A stretch of DNA of 64,000 nucleotides from Mobula hypostoma (lineage: Eukaryota). This document shows, piece by piece, positions 26,959 to 39,612 of this stretch. Every line of letters starts with the position of its first letter. The stretch's first letter is position 1. The notes below the pieces were generated by a model. That model was not told the DNA's origin. It worked only from the letters and a program-made list of their open reading frames with translations, and made no database searches. The position numbers and the translations under genes were made by a program. The stretch lies in NCBI RefSeq assembly GCF_963921235.1, contig NC_086097.1:247940001-248004000 (forward strand). Direction: 5' to 3'.

Positions 26959-29359
26959 AGTGAATAGCCAAAAACTTTTTCCCAGGGCAGAAATAGCGAA
27001 TATGATGGGGCATGATTTTAAGGTGATCGGAGGAAACTATAGTGGGGGTGTCAGATGTAAGTTTTTTACGCAGTGTGTGTTGGGTATGAGATGCCCTGCT
27101 AGGGGTGGTGGTGGAGGTAGATCCATTGGGGACATTTCAGAAACTCTTAGACAGACATATGGATGATAGAAAAATGGAGAGCTATGGAGGAGGGAAGGGT
27201 TAGATTGTTCGTGGAGTAGTTTAAAGGTCAACAGAACATTGTGGGCTGAGGGGCCTGAACTGTGCAAGCAACACTTTAGACCAAGCTTGAGCTGAAAAAT
27301 ATTCCAAGGTGTACTTTAAGAGTCTGCAAAGCTCTATGGAGGAGCCAGACTACTTTTGAACAGCACACACAAAATACTGGAGGAGCTCAGCAGGTCAGGC
27401 AGCATCTATGGAGGGGAAATAAGGAGTTGTTGAAAACTGGCATTTTTGATCGGATGTTCTTCAGAAGTCAAGAATAAGTTATAAAACTTGTCACTTATGA
27501 TCATTTATTAAGCTTTGCAAGAATGTTGAATCCGAATCAGGGTTCACATCACCGGCATATGTTGTACAATTTGTCGTTATGTGGCAGCAGTAGGTAATAA
27601 TAAAAGCTGTAAATTACCTTGACTGTAAGACATTGGCCCATCGAGTCTGCCCCAACTTTCAGAAATCTGATGGCAGAGGGAAGGAAGCTGTACCTGATTT
27701 GTGAATCATTGAAGTGAGGGTGGGAGGGACGTTCTAGTGATTGAAACAACCAATCAAACAACCCCTATTCAAACAGCCAGCTGCAACCTAGTGGATACAA
27801 AAGAGTCTGCAACTACTAGAAAAGACCCTGAACAATCACATGTCTATAAGTAATTTTATAAAAATATGAACAAGCATAAGAAAGGTACAGGAGCATCAAC
27901 GATTCAGGAATAGCTTCTTCCCCTCTGACATCCGATTTCTAAATGAACTTTGAACCCATGAACTCTACCTCAATATTCTTTTTGCACTAGTTATTTAATG
28001 TGACTATTTAATATATATACACTTAACATATTTCAGATTTTTCCTCTATTACTATGTATTGCATTGTACTGCTGCCACGACACACGCCAGTGATGTTAAA
28101 CCTGACTTTGAACCTGCAAGGAGGGTCCCGGCTCAAACTGTCGGCTGTTTATTCCTCTTCATAGATGCTGCCTGACCTACTGAGTTCCTCCACCGTTTTG
28201 TGTGTGTTACACTTGATAAGACCTCACACACTGCTCCATTCAGTTTCCTTTTCGAGCTTTCTTTGGCATTATATCCTTCCAATGCAGATTTTCCATAGGG
28301 GATGCAAACGAATCGATTACCTATTTGTTAGCAAGGCAAGTTTAACAAATGAGCCATTAGTCCATTGATCACTTTAGCATCTGTATCTGAGTATCTGAGC
28401 AGCGAAAGCCAGTGTGATAGATGCTGAGGGAGACGACATTACCAAAAATGATATGATTATAAAAGGCTCTTCTAATAGTTAGCAAATCGAAAAGTTGACA
28501 GAATCTATACTAAAGGGTATTTTGTCCGGATTTTACAGTCTTGGTTTAGGGGCTTAACTGTCAGCTCTTATAAATCTGCACTAGTTTTTTTTTTGCAACA
28601 ATATGATTTGTCTTCTTTCAAATCAACTTTAGATATGACAACGATGGGTAGGGATATCTTGTATGTCTCCTACAGGAAGAAACAAGTATTATTCTCATGA
28701 TTTCATTCCTGGAGAGGTGCCGGAATCTCTTTATTAGATATGTTTCTAGAAGCAGCTATGTCACTTGGATATAGTGTGGGCTGCACAATTTTATAAGATT
28801 GCTAACTGATACTTTGTTGTCTTTCTCGCAGCTCTTATAAGTGCAATGAGAAAACATGACCCCAATATTTCACCCAAACTGCAGACTCTGATTTGTGTCA
28901 AGAGCCTTTACTTTTCAGGGATTGACCAACAGTATCAGCTACAATAGCAGCAGTCAGAGATAATCTAGTGAGTTTAACCAGTTCCATCTTGGGCGCTAGC
29001 TCCCCATCATTGAGAACATTTTCCAAAGGCGATGTTTCAAAAGGTGGTATCCATCATTAAAAACTTCCACTGCCCTCTTGTTACCATCAGGGAGGAGGTA
29101 CAGGAGCCCAAAGTCACACACTCAGTGCTTTAGGGACAGCCTCAATGTTTTAGGGACAGTTGTTACCCTCTCAACCATCAGGCTCTTGAACCAAATGTGA
29201 TTCAATAATGGTTATTTTTCTGTTATGGATTTATTGAGTATGCCTACTTGAAAATGAATCTCAGGATTCTATATGGTGACATATTAGGAACTATGATAAT
29301 CAGTTTGAGCTTTCTTTCCCCTCCACCACCAGATTTCTGAACGGTCCATGAACACTACC

Positions 29360-29987
29360 TTAGATTAGATTATGAGGACACGCAGTCCTCTTTTATTGTC
29401 ATTTAGTAATGCATGCATTAAGAAATGATACAATATTCCTCCGGTGTGATATCACAAAACACAGGACAGACCAAGACTGAAAAAACTGACAAAAACCACA
29501 TAATTATAACATATAGTTACAGCAGTGCAACAATACAATAACTTGATGAAGAACAGGCCATGGCACAGTAAAAAAGTTCAAAGTCTCTCGGAAGTCCCAC
29601 ATCTCACGCAGACGGGAGAAGGAAGAAAACTCTCCCTGCCATGCCCGACCACAGTCCGACTCTGAGTCATCCGAAAAACTTCGAGCTCCGATCAGCCCTC
29701 CGACACCGAGTACCGAGCGCCATCTCTGTTGAACGCTTCGACCTCAGCCTCGGTCGCCAGCAGCAGGCAAAGCCGGGGATTTTGGGGCCTTCCCTCCAGA
29801 GATTCTCAATCACACAGTAGCAGTGGCAGCGAACCGGGCATTTCAGAAATTTCCCCAGATGTTCCTCTGCTTCTCACATCTGTCTCCATCAAATCAGAAC
29901 TGTGCACGACATCCTACTTACAAATACGATATCATTTCATCGGAGAGCTGCGTGCGCTGTGTCACGCCGCCATCTTCTCCTCCCGCC
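29360..29987 (-). mobile_element. ~625-bp non-autonomous retroelement (same family as 7462-8086)
   Basis: End-to-end homology; inserted into a Rex1 3' UTR (aacactacct | cactatttttgc). Confidence 0.8.
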
Positions 29988-30040
29988 TCACTATTTTTGC
30001 CCTCATTTTGCACTACATTTAATTTTTTAATATATATACA

Positions 30041-30826
30041 CATAGAAACATAGAAAATAGGTGCAGGAGTAGGCCATTCGGCCCTTCGAGCCTGCACCGC
30101 CATTCAGTATGATCATGGCTGATCATCCAACTCAGAACCCTGTACCAGCCTTCCCTCCATACCCCCGATCCCTTTAGCCACAAGGGCCACATCTAACTCC
30201 CTCTTAAATATAGCCAATGAACTGGCCTCAACTGTTTCCTGTGGCAGAGAATTCCACAGATTCATCACTCTCTGTGTGAAGAAGTTTTTCCTAATCTCGG
30301 TCCTAAAAGGCTTCCCCTTTATCCTCAAACTGTGACCCCTCGTTCTGGACTTCCCCAACATCAGGAACAATCTTCCTGCATCTAGCCTGTCCAATCCTTT
30401 TAGGATTTTATACATTTCAATAAGATCCCCCCTCAATCTTCTAAATTCCAATGAGTATAAGCCTCGTCGATCCAGTCTTTCATCATATCAAAGTCCTGCC
30501 ATCCCAGGAATCAATCTGGTGAACCTTCTTTGTACTCCTTCTATGGCAAAGATGTCTTTCCTCGGATTAGGGGACCAAAACTGCACACAATACTCCAGGT
30601 GTGGTCTCACCAATGCCTTGTACAACTGCAGTAGTACCTCCCTGCTCCTGTACTCGAATCCTCTCGCTATAAATGCCAGCATACCATTCGCCTTTTTCAC
30701 CGCCTGCTGTATCTGCATGCCCACTTTCAATGACTGGTGTATAATGACACCCAGGTCTCATTGCACCTTCCCTTTTCCTAATCGGCCACCATTCAGATAA
30801 TAATCTGTTTTCCTGTTTTTGCCATC
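30041..30826 (-). mobile_element. CR1 3' fragment, near-identical to 970-2889
   Basis: ORFs 30113..30451 and 30488..30730; (tttctatg)n tail. Confidence 0.92.
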
Positions 30827-31889
30827 ATACTGTACATTTCTTATTGTATTTTATAGTATATTTTGTGTATTGCATTGTACTGCTGCCACAAAACAGCAAA
30901 TTTCACGACATAAAAGTTCAAGTTTAAGTTTAAATGTCATTCAACCGTATGTGAATATCCACAAATACAGCTGAATGAAACAGTGATCCTCCAGGGGCCA
31001 AGGAAAAACACACGAGCTACAGTCACACACGGCACAAGGCACATAGAGCACATACAAGATGTGCAGTCACACAAAAAAATACAATATAGCCTGAGCGCCT
31101 GTGTGTCATATCCTGTTGATTGATGGTGTCCGACGTTATCGGCAGGAACAAGCCCACAGCAGTCTGATCATCACGCTCCAGTGTAACGGCAGACGAACGC
31201 AATCCAGCTTGTTTCCCACCGAGCAAATGCTGGAGGGCGGTACCAACAGGAGGAGCCACCTCTCAACCCAACATGGACGCCGTGCCACACAGCCTCCAGC
31301 GTCTGCTGTCCCGGGCAGCTGCGACAGGAGACCCCGCGGCACGAAGCCCGGGTCTGCACCACAGCCGAGATCACGCAGCTCCTCTGCCATCGGTCTCCCC
31401 GATGAAACAGTGAACCAGATTTGCAGTATTCCACAGTACGCTATCCTCCACGGTCTTGTGATCCCAGTAAAAACATCCAAGACAATCACTCGTACCGTTT
31501 GTTAGATCCCGCACCGTCTCTGACACCTTTTTCTTTGGGCGGCTGAAGCAGGCTGCAACACAGTACACAACAAGTCCAACTCTACGGCTATCTAGCAACC
31601 TGCTAGTGGGGTAGGCCTACAGTACTTGATATTTTTGATAGCCAGCAGTGTTTTCTGTTGGCAAAAAGAAGACATAAGGGATGAACAATTACACCTTTGG
31701 TTAGACCCAGAGAGACCACTGCTGTCATACCTTAACCCTGGTCCGTGTCACTTATAATAAACCTGAATCTGAAATGGTGAGAGGGGAGAGGTTCTGTGGG
31801 AGCGGTGAAGAGATGCCTGGAGGCATTTAGCAGGACTGCACAGAGGCAAGAGTGGATAAAGCCTGCCTGAAAACAGGCAAGGTGGCCCA

Positions 31890-32770
31890 ATGCTTCTTCT
31901 GGGACAAAGCAGCATTGTCTTAGTCAGTGTCTAACAGACAGCCCATATCAAAAATGAGAGGCTACTATCCAAATATTTTAAATGTAATTTTGCTTGCATA
32001 TTTGTTATCCTGCAGGTACACCATATGCCCCAGGAGCAAACAAGATCTGTTTTGACAGACATCTTCAAGTCAGCTTTGGTCAGAGCTTGAGAAGTACACA
32101 AGAGTTTCGGGGCATGGCACTGTCTTGTAATAAATGATTTCAAAGTCAGGCGACTAATTTGAAGCAACAATTACTAAAGGAGAAAAGAGAGAGAGGAAAC
32201 TAGTTCTGCTGCTATGTGCGTGTATGTCAGACTTCTGAATTGAATAATATTAATGGGATTTGGCCCTCTGGTATGTGGGGATGTCCATGTTCGACACTTA
32301 CAAACCATGAACTGGGGAAGCCTGTCATGAAGAACAGACGAGGAGGGCAGGGTGAAAGGTGATTCTCTGCACCGTTCTTCTGACAAAGCTGCATCAATTT
32401 TGGTCATTGTTTAACAGGGAGCAAGTAACAAAAATGAGAGGGTACTTTCAAAATATGCTAAGTTTAATTTTGCTTGCAGATTTGTAATCCTCCTGCAGGT
32501 AGGGGCTATCCACAGGCAACAAATAAGGTTGGTTTTAACACACCAAAATTCCAGGACAAGAGGACTAGACCTCCACAGTCGTGTAATAAATGGCATCAAA
32601 GGCACATGACTAATTTGAAAGAACAATTATTAAAGGTGAAGAGAGAAGGAAAGTAGTTAGTTCTGCTGTTCCTTTGTATGTATGTCAGTCTTTTGAATTT
32701 AATAATATTAATGGAGTTTGTTGGTGTTTGGGGCTGTCCATGTTGTCTATGTGCTGTATAAACCAGGGAG
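31890..32770. repeat. Diverged tandem duplication, unit ~460-480 bp
   Basis: Shared blocks: aaaatgagag at 31951 and 32431; taattttgcttgca; gtaataaatg; tagttctgctg; aataatattaatgg. Confidence 0.75.
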
Positions 32771-32807
32771 AGTATGTACTGTATTACAGCTTCCCTCAGA
32801 GGTGCAA

Positions 32808-32826
32808 TAGCGCCACCAAGTGGCCA
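32808..32826 (-). promoter_or_regulatory. CTCF-like motif
   Basis: Minus strand tggccacttggtggcgcta is about one mismatch from the TGGCCACYAGRKGGCGCTA consensus. Motif only; no binding evidence. Confidence 0.4.
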
Positions 32827-32844
32827 GAGATTTCCACTGCTTTT

Positions 32845-33091
32845 AAAAACGCAAACAACAGGAATTCTGCAGATGCTGGAAATTCAAGCAACACACATAA
32901 AAGTTGCTGGTGAACACAGTAGGCCAGGCAGCATCTCTAGGAAGAGGTACAGTCGACGTTTCAGGCGGAGACCCTTCGTCAGGACTAACTGAAGGAAGAG
33001 TTACTAAGAAATAAGATCTGAAACGTCACTGTACCTCTTCCTACAGATGCTGCCTGGCCTGCTACGTTCACCAGCAACTTTAATGTGGGTT
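32845..33091. mobile_element. Fold-back Penelope-derived insertion with 15-bp TSD
   Basis: TSD gatttccactgcttt (32829-32843) / gatttccactacttt (33092-33106); inverted arms. Confidence 0.8.
32951..32986 (-). ncRNA. Minimal type I hammerhead ribozyme motif, intact core
   Basis: Minus strand: AGUC (stem I), CUGACGA, A, GGGU-CUCC-GCCU (stem II), GAAA, CG, UC cleavage site, GACU (stem I'). Stem III is reduced to the palindrome ACGU. Activity not demonstrated. Confidence 0.7.
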
Positions 33092-33139
33092 GATTTCCAC
33101 TACTTTATTGAAAGGATTCTTTTTGTAGGTTTTTTTTGT

Positions 33140-33628
33140 AGCTAGGGTACCTAAGACTTTTACATAGTATGGTATTTGTCAATGTGGAGCGGAGAGTCAG
33201 TCTGTCAATCTGGCAGGAGCAAATGATGTTGGGAATGGTGAGGGTGGAGTGCTGCAAGGCGGGTGTGGGACAGGTGTCAGAGAAGGTGTGCCCAGGGTGG
33301 GGGGTTAGCATGGGTACAGACTCACTCAACCCTCAGATGCCAGACAAGGTCATCTGATTCCAAGCAATTGGCTTATTGATCATTATAGAGTGCTTTCCGC
33401 TCTCTCCCCTCTCCCCTTCTCCACCCATGATCCCTCTCCCTGCCCCTTTCCCACTCTCAGTCCACAATAGAGACCGGTATCAGAATCAGGTTTATCATCA
33501 CCCACGTATCTCATGAAATCTGTTTGTTTTTTGCAGCAGAAGTATAGTGCAATACATAAAATTACTACAGTACTGTGCAAATGTCTTGGGCTCCCGAGAT
33601 ATACATTAAACTTTTACACCATACTGTA
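33140..33628. mobile_element. Tc1-related MITE family (cagtactgtgcaaaagtcttaggcac TIRs) with associated internal segment
   Basis: Short palindromic MITEs at ~33567-33628, 41556-41642, 62558-62617 and 63004-63073. Segment 33173-33480 recurs inverted at ~62700-63000. Confidence 0.65.
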
Positions 33629-34595
33629 TTTTAAAAAAATAAAATTTAAAAATTGTGCAAAAAGAGAGCAGAAATAGTGAGGTATTGTTCATAGGTTCAT
33701 TGTCCATTCAGAAATCTGATAACGGAGGGGAAAAAGCTGTTTCTAACATGTTCAATGTGTCTCTTCAGACTCCTGTATCTCTTCACTGATGGTCGTAATG
33801 TGAAGATGGCACATTCTGGGTGGTGGGGGTCCTTAATGATGAATGCCGCATTTTTGAGCTTTGCCTTTTGATGATGTCCTCAATGGACATCACACAAAGA
33901 TGTTGGAACTTATTTGCCAGAACCTCAGAACATCACGATAGGAGATCAGAGGAGATTGCACTGATGCCCTGACTACAATCCTTCTCAAACAGTTACCACT
34001 CCCAAAAAATTATCTGGCCATTCATCTTTTTGCTGCCTGTGGAACCAGCTGTGTACAGGCTGTCTGCAATCATTCCCCACATTACAAGAGGGACTAAAGT
34101 TCAAAAGTTCTCTTTACTCTGGTGCCATGAAAGTACTGTATATTACAAGTTTTTTAATAATTCATTCAACTTGGCGGTTCCATGTTGGACAGGTACCTCA
34201 GAGGAAGCACTGAGACCATAAGCCATAGGAGCAAAATTAGGCCATTCATCCCATCGAGTCTGCTCTGCCATTCCATCATGGCTGATTTGAGCCATTTATT
34301 TGTTCATTATGTGCCGTGTTATATAACAAGGGTGATCATGGTCTTTTCATGACAATGATTATCCTTGGCCAATTGTTTTACAATACTCTATTTTTGTATG
34401 CCTCTATCAAATCTCCCCTCAGTCTCCTATGCTCTTGGGAATTAAGATCTAACTTATTCCTCAAGTTCCAGCAACAATTTTGTAAATTTTCTTTGTACTC
34501 TTTCAATCTAATTGATATCTATTGTTCCTCTATGAAACAAACCTTATTGCTGATGAGACTAGTGTGTGGTATCATCGTCTTCCAGAACTAATATT

Positions 34596-34975
34596 CGCTC
34601 ATTCATTATGTACTGTGTTGTATGACATAGGTGATCATGGTCTTTCCATGACCATGATTGTTCTTGGCAAGTTTTTCTACAGACGTGGTTTGCCATTGCC
34701 TTCTTCTGGGCAGTGTCCTTACGAGACGGGTGACTCCAGCCATTATCCATGATCTTCAGAGATCATCTGCCTGGCGTCAGTGGTTGCATAACCAGGACTT
34801 GTGATATGCACCCGCTGCTCATACGGCCATACCTGCTCTCATGGCTTCACATGATCCTGATCAGATGGGGGGTTAAGCAGGTGCTACACCTTGCCCAGGA
34901 GTGACCTGCAGGCCAGCGGAGGGAATGAATGCCTTACGCCTCCTCTCCTTTGGTGGAGACGTATCTCCACCTCCA
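34596..34975 (-). mobile_element. ~370-bp SINE-like element with RTE-type tail
   Basis: Reverse complement of 45727-46095. Confidence 0.75.
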
Positions 34976-35354
34976 CTGAGTCATTGATCTGACCATTGGG
35001 AGGTTCAGTTTAATTGTCATTCAACCATACGTGAATACTCATGAATACAGCCTAACGAGACAGCGTTACTCCGGGATCGTGCACACAGGACAAAGCAGAC
35101 ACAAGATTGCAAGGACAAACGGCATCACAATCATGCAGTAAAAGAGTCCCAAAACTCGCGCCCTGAATCCAGTTGAGCACCATAGAGCCCATCTCTCGCT
35201 GCAGGAACGCTGGGGAGCAGCACCCACTCCAGCCTGAATACTGCGCTACACCACCTCTATCTAGTAACTTCCTGCTGTTGACCTTGCTCCCACAGGCCTG
35301 TAATGACCTCCTATCCCTGCTGCCCTTCTTGAATAAAGACTACCCTGTCACTAT

Positions 35355-35625
35355 TAGTATCACTGTGGTGGCACAATGTTTTACAGTGCCAGTGACCCAG
35401 GTTCAATTCCCACCGCTGCCTGTCAGGAATTTGTACATTCTCCCTGTGACCGCGTGGGTTTCCTCCGGGTGCCCCTGTTTCCTCCCACAGTCCAAAGATG
35501 TACCGGTGGTAGGTTAAATTGTAAGTTGTCCCGTGGAATTGGGGTAAAACTGGGGGGCTTCAGGGCAGTATGACTGGAAGGGCCGGAAGAGCCTCTTCCA
35601 CACTGCATCTCCATAAAAATAAATA
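35355..35625 (+). mobile_element. V-domain SINE (HE1-like)
   Basis: B box ggttcaattcc followed by the V-domain gtgggtttcctccgggtgcccctgtttcctcccacagtccaaagatgt. Related copies at ~9060-9320 (-) and 60810-61090 (-). Confidence 0.7.
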
Positions 35626-38600
35626 GCCTTCTGTCTCATTATTGCACAATGTTTAATTCCTCAGATAATTAACCAGTCCGTGTTCACATGCAGCAAGATG
35701 TGCATGTGGGCATGTTGGAGGGTCATCTGTGTGCGTGGGCGGGGATGGGGGTGAACGGAGTTTGCAGAAAACACCTGCATAGAGTACACATGGAGAGGAT
35801 GTTTCCAATAGTGGGAGAGTCTCAGACCAAAGGGCACAGCCTCTGGATAGAACAACATCCTTTTAGGAATTTCTTCAGCCAATGGGTGATGAATCTGTGG
35901 AATTCTTTGTCCTAGGCAGCTATGGAGGCTAGGTTATTTGGTTTGTTGTAAGTGAAGATTGATAGGTTCTTGTTTAGTCAAGGGGTCGAAGGTTACAGGG
36001 GGAAGGCTGGAGAATGGGGTTGAGGGGGACAATAAGTTAGGCATGATGGACTGGCAGAGTAGACTGGATGGGCTGAATGGCCTAATTCTGATGGTCCAAT
36101 GCTTTTTTGCTTGTTTTACATTTGCTGTGTGCTTCATTGAAAAATACAGAGGCAACTGTAATCAGTGGAAAACTCACTGAACAACCATATGTGTATGGGT
36201 GATTATATAAAAATACAAGCAAGCATAACAAAGTTACACTGCAATAATTCGACAGCCCAGTTCAATACCGGTTTCCTCCCACATACCAAAGATGTACGGG
36301 TTGGGGTTACTGAGCTGTGGGCGTGCTACGTTAGCACTGGAAGCATGGCAACACTTGTGGGCTACCCCCCAGCACATCCTCGGACTGTGATGGTCGTTAA
36401 CGCAAAGAACCCATTTCATTGTATGTTTCGATGTTTTGATGCAGGTAAAGCTAATCTTTGATCTTTGAATCTCCATCACCTTATGTCTCCTGCAATCAAG
36501 CCAGTTTCAAAGATTTAAAGTACATTTATTATCGAAGTATACAGAATACAACTTTGAGATCCGTTCCCCCACAGAAACCCATTCAAGAAAACAGCCAACA
36601 CCCAGTGGGCGAAAAAGAAAGGAACAAATTGCGCGAAGAGGAAAAAGTGAGCGGACAACACACAGAATGTCAAACATCAAACCAGTAGTATTCAGCTTAG
36701 TTCCATTCAGCGCCTTATCGCTGGACAGTGCAGGTCGCAGAGCCCTTCTTCACTGAAGAGCCCCAGTCCGCATCGGCCACTCTTATCAGATCGCTGAAAA
36801 ACAGCAAAAAAACAGAAACCAGGATCCAGGAGCACATGCAACGTGAGCTGTCAGCAGGACGTCGCCGTTGGTCCTGTTGTCCACTGGTGCCACCTGGACT
36901 ATAGTTTTATATTCAGTGTTCTGTGTTGCCTTGAATCCCATGGACTGGAAGCTTTAGAACCAGTTTCTCTTCTCAAAGACCTTACAGCACTTTTCTCATT
37001 AATACATTTTGTTGTACACTTCAAAAAAAAATCAATCAAATTGGTCAGACAGAATCTTCTCCTCAGAGAATCTCACTGTCTTTGATCAATTGAAGTGTAG
37101 ATTAGTCCTGTCTGTCAGATTTTTTTCTTATAACTTCCCCACCGTAGCCCTGTACTTATCCCTGCTGCTATTCAATAAAGGTACCACTTTTGCTGTCCTC
37201 CTGTCATCTTGCACGTTACCTGTCGCCAGAAAAGATTTAAAAATTCAGATCCCTCTCTCAGAGCCTGTTGGTCCCCGAGTTGGCGGGGGTGTGGGGGGGG
37301 GCTTGGTCAAGCGGTGTGGAAGATTGTAACATCGGAAGAGCGAGTCGTTGCAGGAGCGGCTTCCTGAGCTCGCTGCTGCCTGTCTGAGATACCGAAGTGC
37401 CGGGTTATGGGCTGTAGTTTTTTGATGAACTCTCGATCAAGGTCTCTTTGGGGCTTTTGTTATTGCTTGCACGGTCGGGGGGAGGGGGAGGGTCGGTGCT
37501 TCTGGTATCAATGTGGTGGGAGGGAGGTTCAATGCTGCTGTTTATGCGATGGGAGGGGGAGGGGCGCTTTGGGGTTCTGATGTTTTTATCATTCATTCTA
37601 TGGGGATTCTTGTTTCGTGGATGTCTGTGAAGAGTACAAAATTCAGGTTGTACACTGTATACATTCTCAGACATTAAATTGAATTAGGCAACGGGGTGAC
37701 CTGTTGGGGCACCCTTTGAGGGAAGGCTAGTGCAGTCTGATGTGACCAGAATGAACATCAAATTTTCCTGAATGCTATTGGTATCGCTTTGCTTTGGAAA
37801 CTGAAGTAGAAAACCTCAGGTTACTAAAGAAGAACGATGTGTAGCAAAACAAATATAGCTTCTCCTCATTTAATGAAGGACACTTTTGATGGCATCATTT
37901 CTGGTTTATCTGCCACCCTTGTGCCTCTCGTTGTCATTCTGGAGATGTGCAGCCCTTTCATCCCCTGTCTCTTCTTCTCTCATCTTTTTTTGTCCTGACT
38001 CTTTGATCCTGGAGTCGTGCGGCCCTGGCCTCATCCGATTCTTTTTCTCTCTCTCTCCTTGCTGCTTCTAGACGACGTTTGGCGTCATCTCTTGAACATA
38101 ATGTCCCCCTTCCCTTTCCACGCGGTATAATTAGGCTGACCATTTTTTGTTACCCTAATGCTGGATAGAAGATGCGAAGCACTAACACCAAAGGGTGCTG
38201 ATTATTCTTGATGATGTGGTTGGCGGTCTCCTAAATGGACGTGATATGGTCACCGCTGTCCTTTGACTATAGCAAGGGGTTTTATGGGTGTCTTGAAGTA
38301 CGTCATTACAATAAGATTTAATTATCTCTTATTGATGGGTGGCAGTTAGATCTGTCCCAATCCTGCACATGCTGATGGTGGTGATTAGCAGAATGTGACG
38401 CTGTGAAATAGAGCTGCCCTGCTCTTTTGCTCTGTTAGGTGTCGCTGCTGAGACTGGCCGTGCACATGCCCCGGGCTGTCGCGTCCCGATTTCCATGATG
38501 GCTGATTGGGTCTTGGGTTAAAAGGGAGCCTGTTTATTTTGGCGAATGAGCAATTTTATACGAATATATAACCCTGAACTTCGCCTGCATTCTGTAAGTT

Positions 38601-38820
38601 AGCGCATTTTAATTCGATTTAGCCAAAAAAACTGCCGTTGTAATGCACCATTTGTGCTAATTGGAGGTCACAAACAGACAAACAGAAGGACAGAGCATGG
38701 GAGTTTTAGTAGTATATAGACTATTTGAACCATTTGAAAACTTTTTGTTCAGCCCCCAGCAATTTCCTTCCTTGTCTCCCAGAGTAGCCAGGATGTATCA
38801 CATCAGGCACGAAGGACTTC

Positions 38821-39440
38821 TAAACAGAAGAAATTCTGCAGATGCTGGAAATCCAAAGCAACTCACAAAATGCTGGAGGAACTCAGCAAGTCAGGCAGTG
38901 TCTTATGGAAATGAACAAACAGTCAACATTTTGGGTTGAAACCCTTCTTCAGGACTGGAAAGGAGGATGGAAGTTACCAGAATAGAAAGGTGGGGGAAGA
39001 GGAAGGTGATAGGTGAAGCCAGATGGGTGGGAAGGATAAAAGGCTGGAGAGGAAGGAATTTGATGGGAGAGGAAAGTGGATCAGAGGAGAAAGGGAAGGA
39101 GCAAGGGACCCAGGGGGAGGTGATAGGCAGGTGAGAAGAGGTAAGCAGCCAGAGTGGGGAATAGAAGAAAAGGGGTGGGAGAGAATTTTTTGTTACCAGA
39201 AGGAAAAATTGATATTCATGCCAACAGGTTGGAGGCTACCCAGATGGTGTTGTTCCTCCATTCTGAGGTTGGAGGGTACCCAGATGGAATACAAGGTGTT
39301 GTTCCTCTTCTCTGAGAGTGGCCTCTTCCTGGCACACGATGAGTCCATGGTCCAACATGTTGGAAGGGGGTTAAGAATGAGAAGTAAAATATTTGGCCAC
39401 TGGGGGAAGTTCCACTTTTGGCGGATAGAGAGGAGGTGCT
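38821..39440 (-). mobile_element. Penelope-like element 3' remnant
   Basis: The minus strand encodes a LRMEEQHHLGSLQPVGMN-like GIY-YIG C-terminus, then a pyrimidine-rich UTR and a degenerate hammerhead at 38921-38957. Confidence 0.75.
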
Positions 39441-39612
39441 CGCTCTGGAGCTAAGTCTGATCTGCTACTCTGCCCTTTAACAGGTTATAGAATTCTGACT
39501 CCCACTCCTCTTGTATTCTCCCTACACAATATCATGCTTCTTAACAAATACCTCTGAGAAATATTCATTCAAGAATATTTTTCACCCATGTCCTGTGGCT
39601 CCCAGCAAAGAC

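Noticed and set aside
34530..34570. Type II hammerhead (gaaac...ctgatgag)
   Set aside because: Only 12 nt separate the boxes and stem II does not pair. It better resembles a decayed Rex1 RT DDTT..LIS segment.
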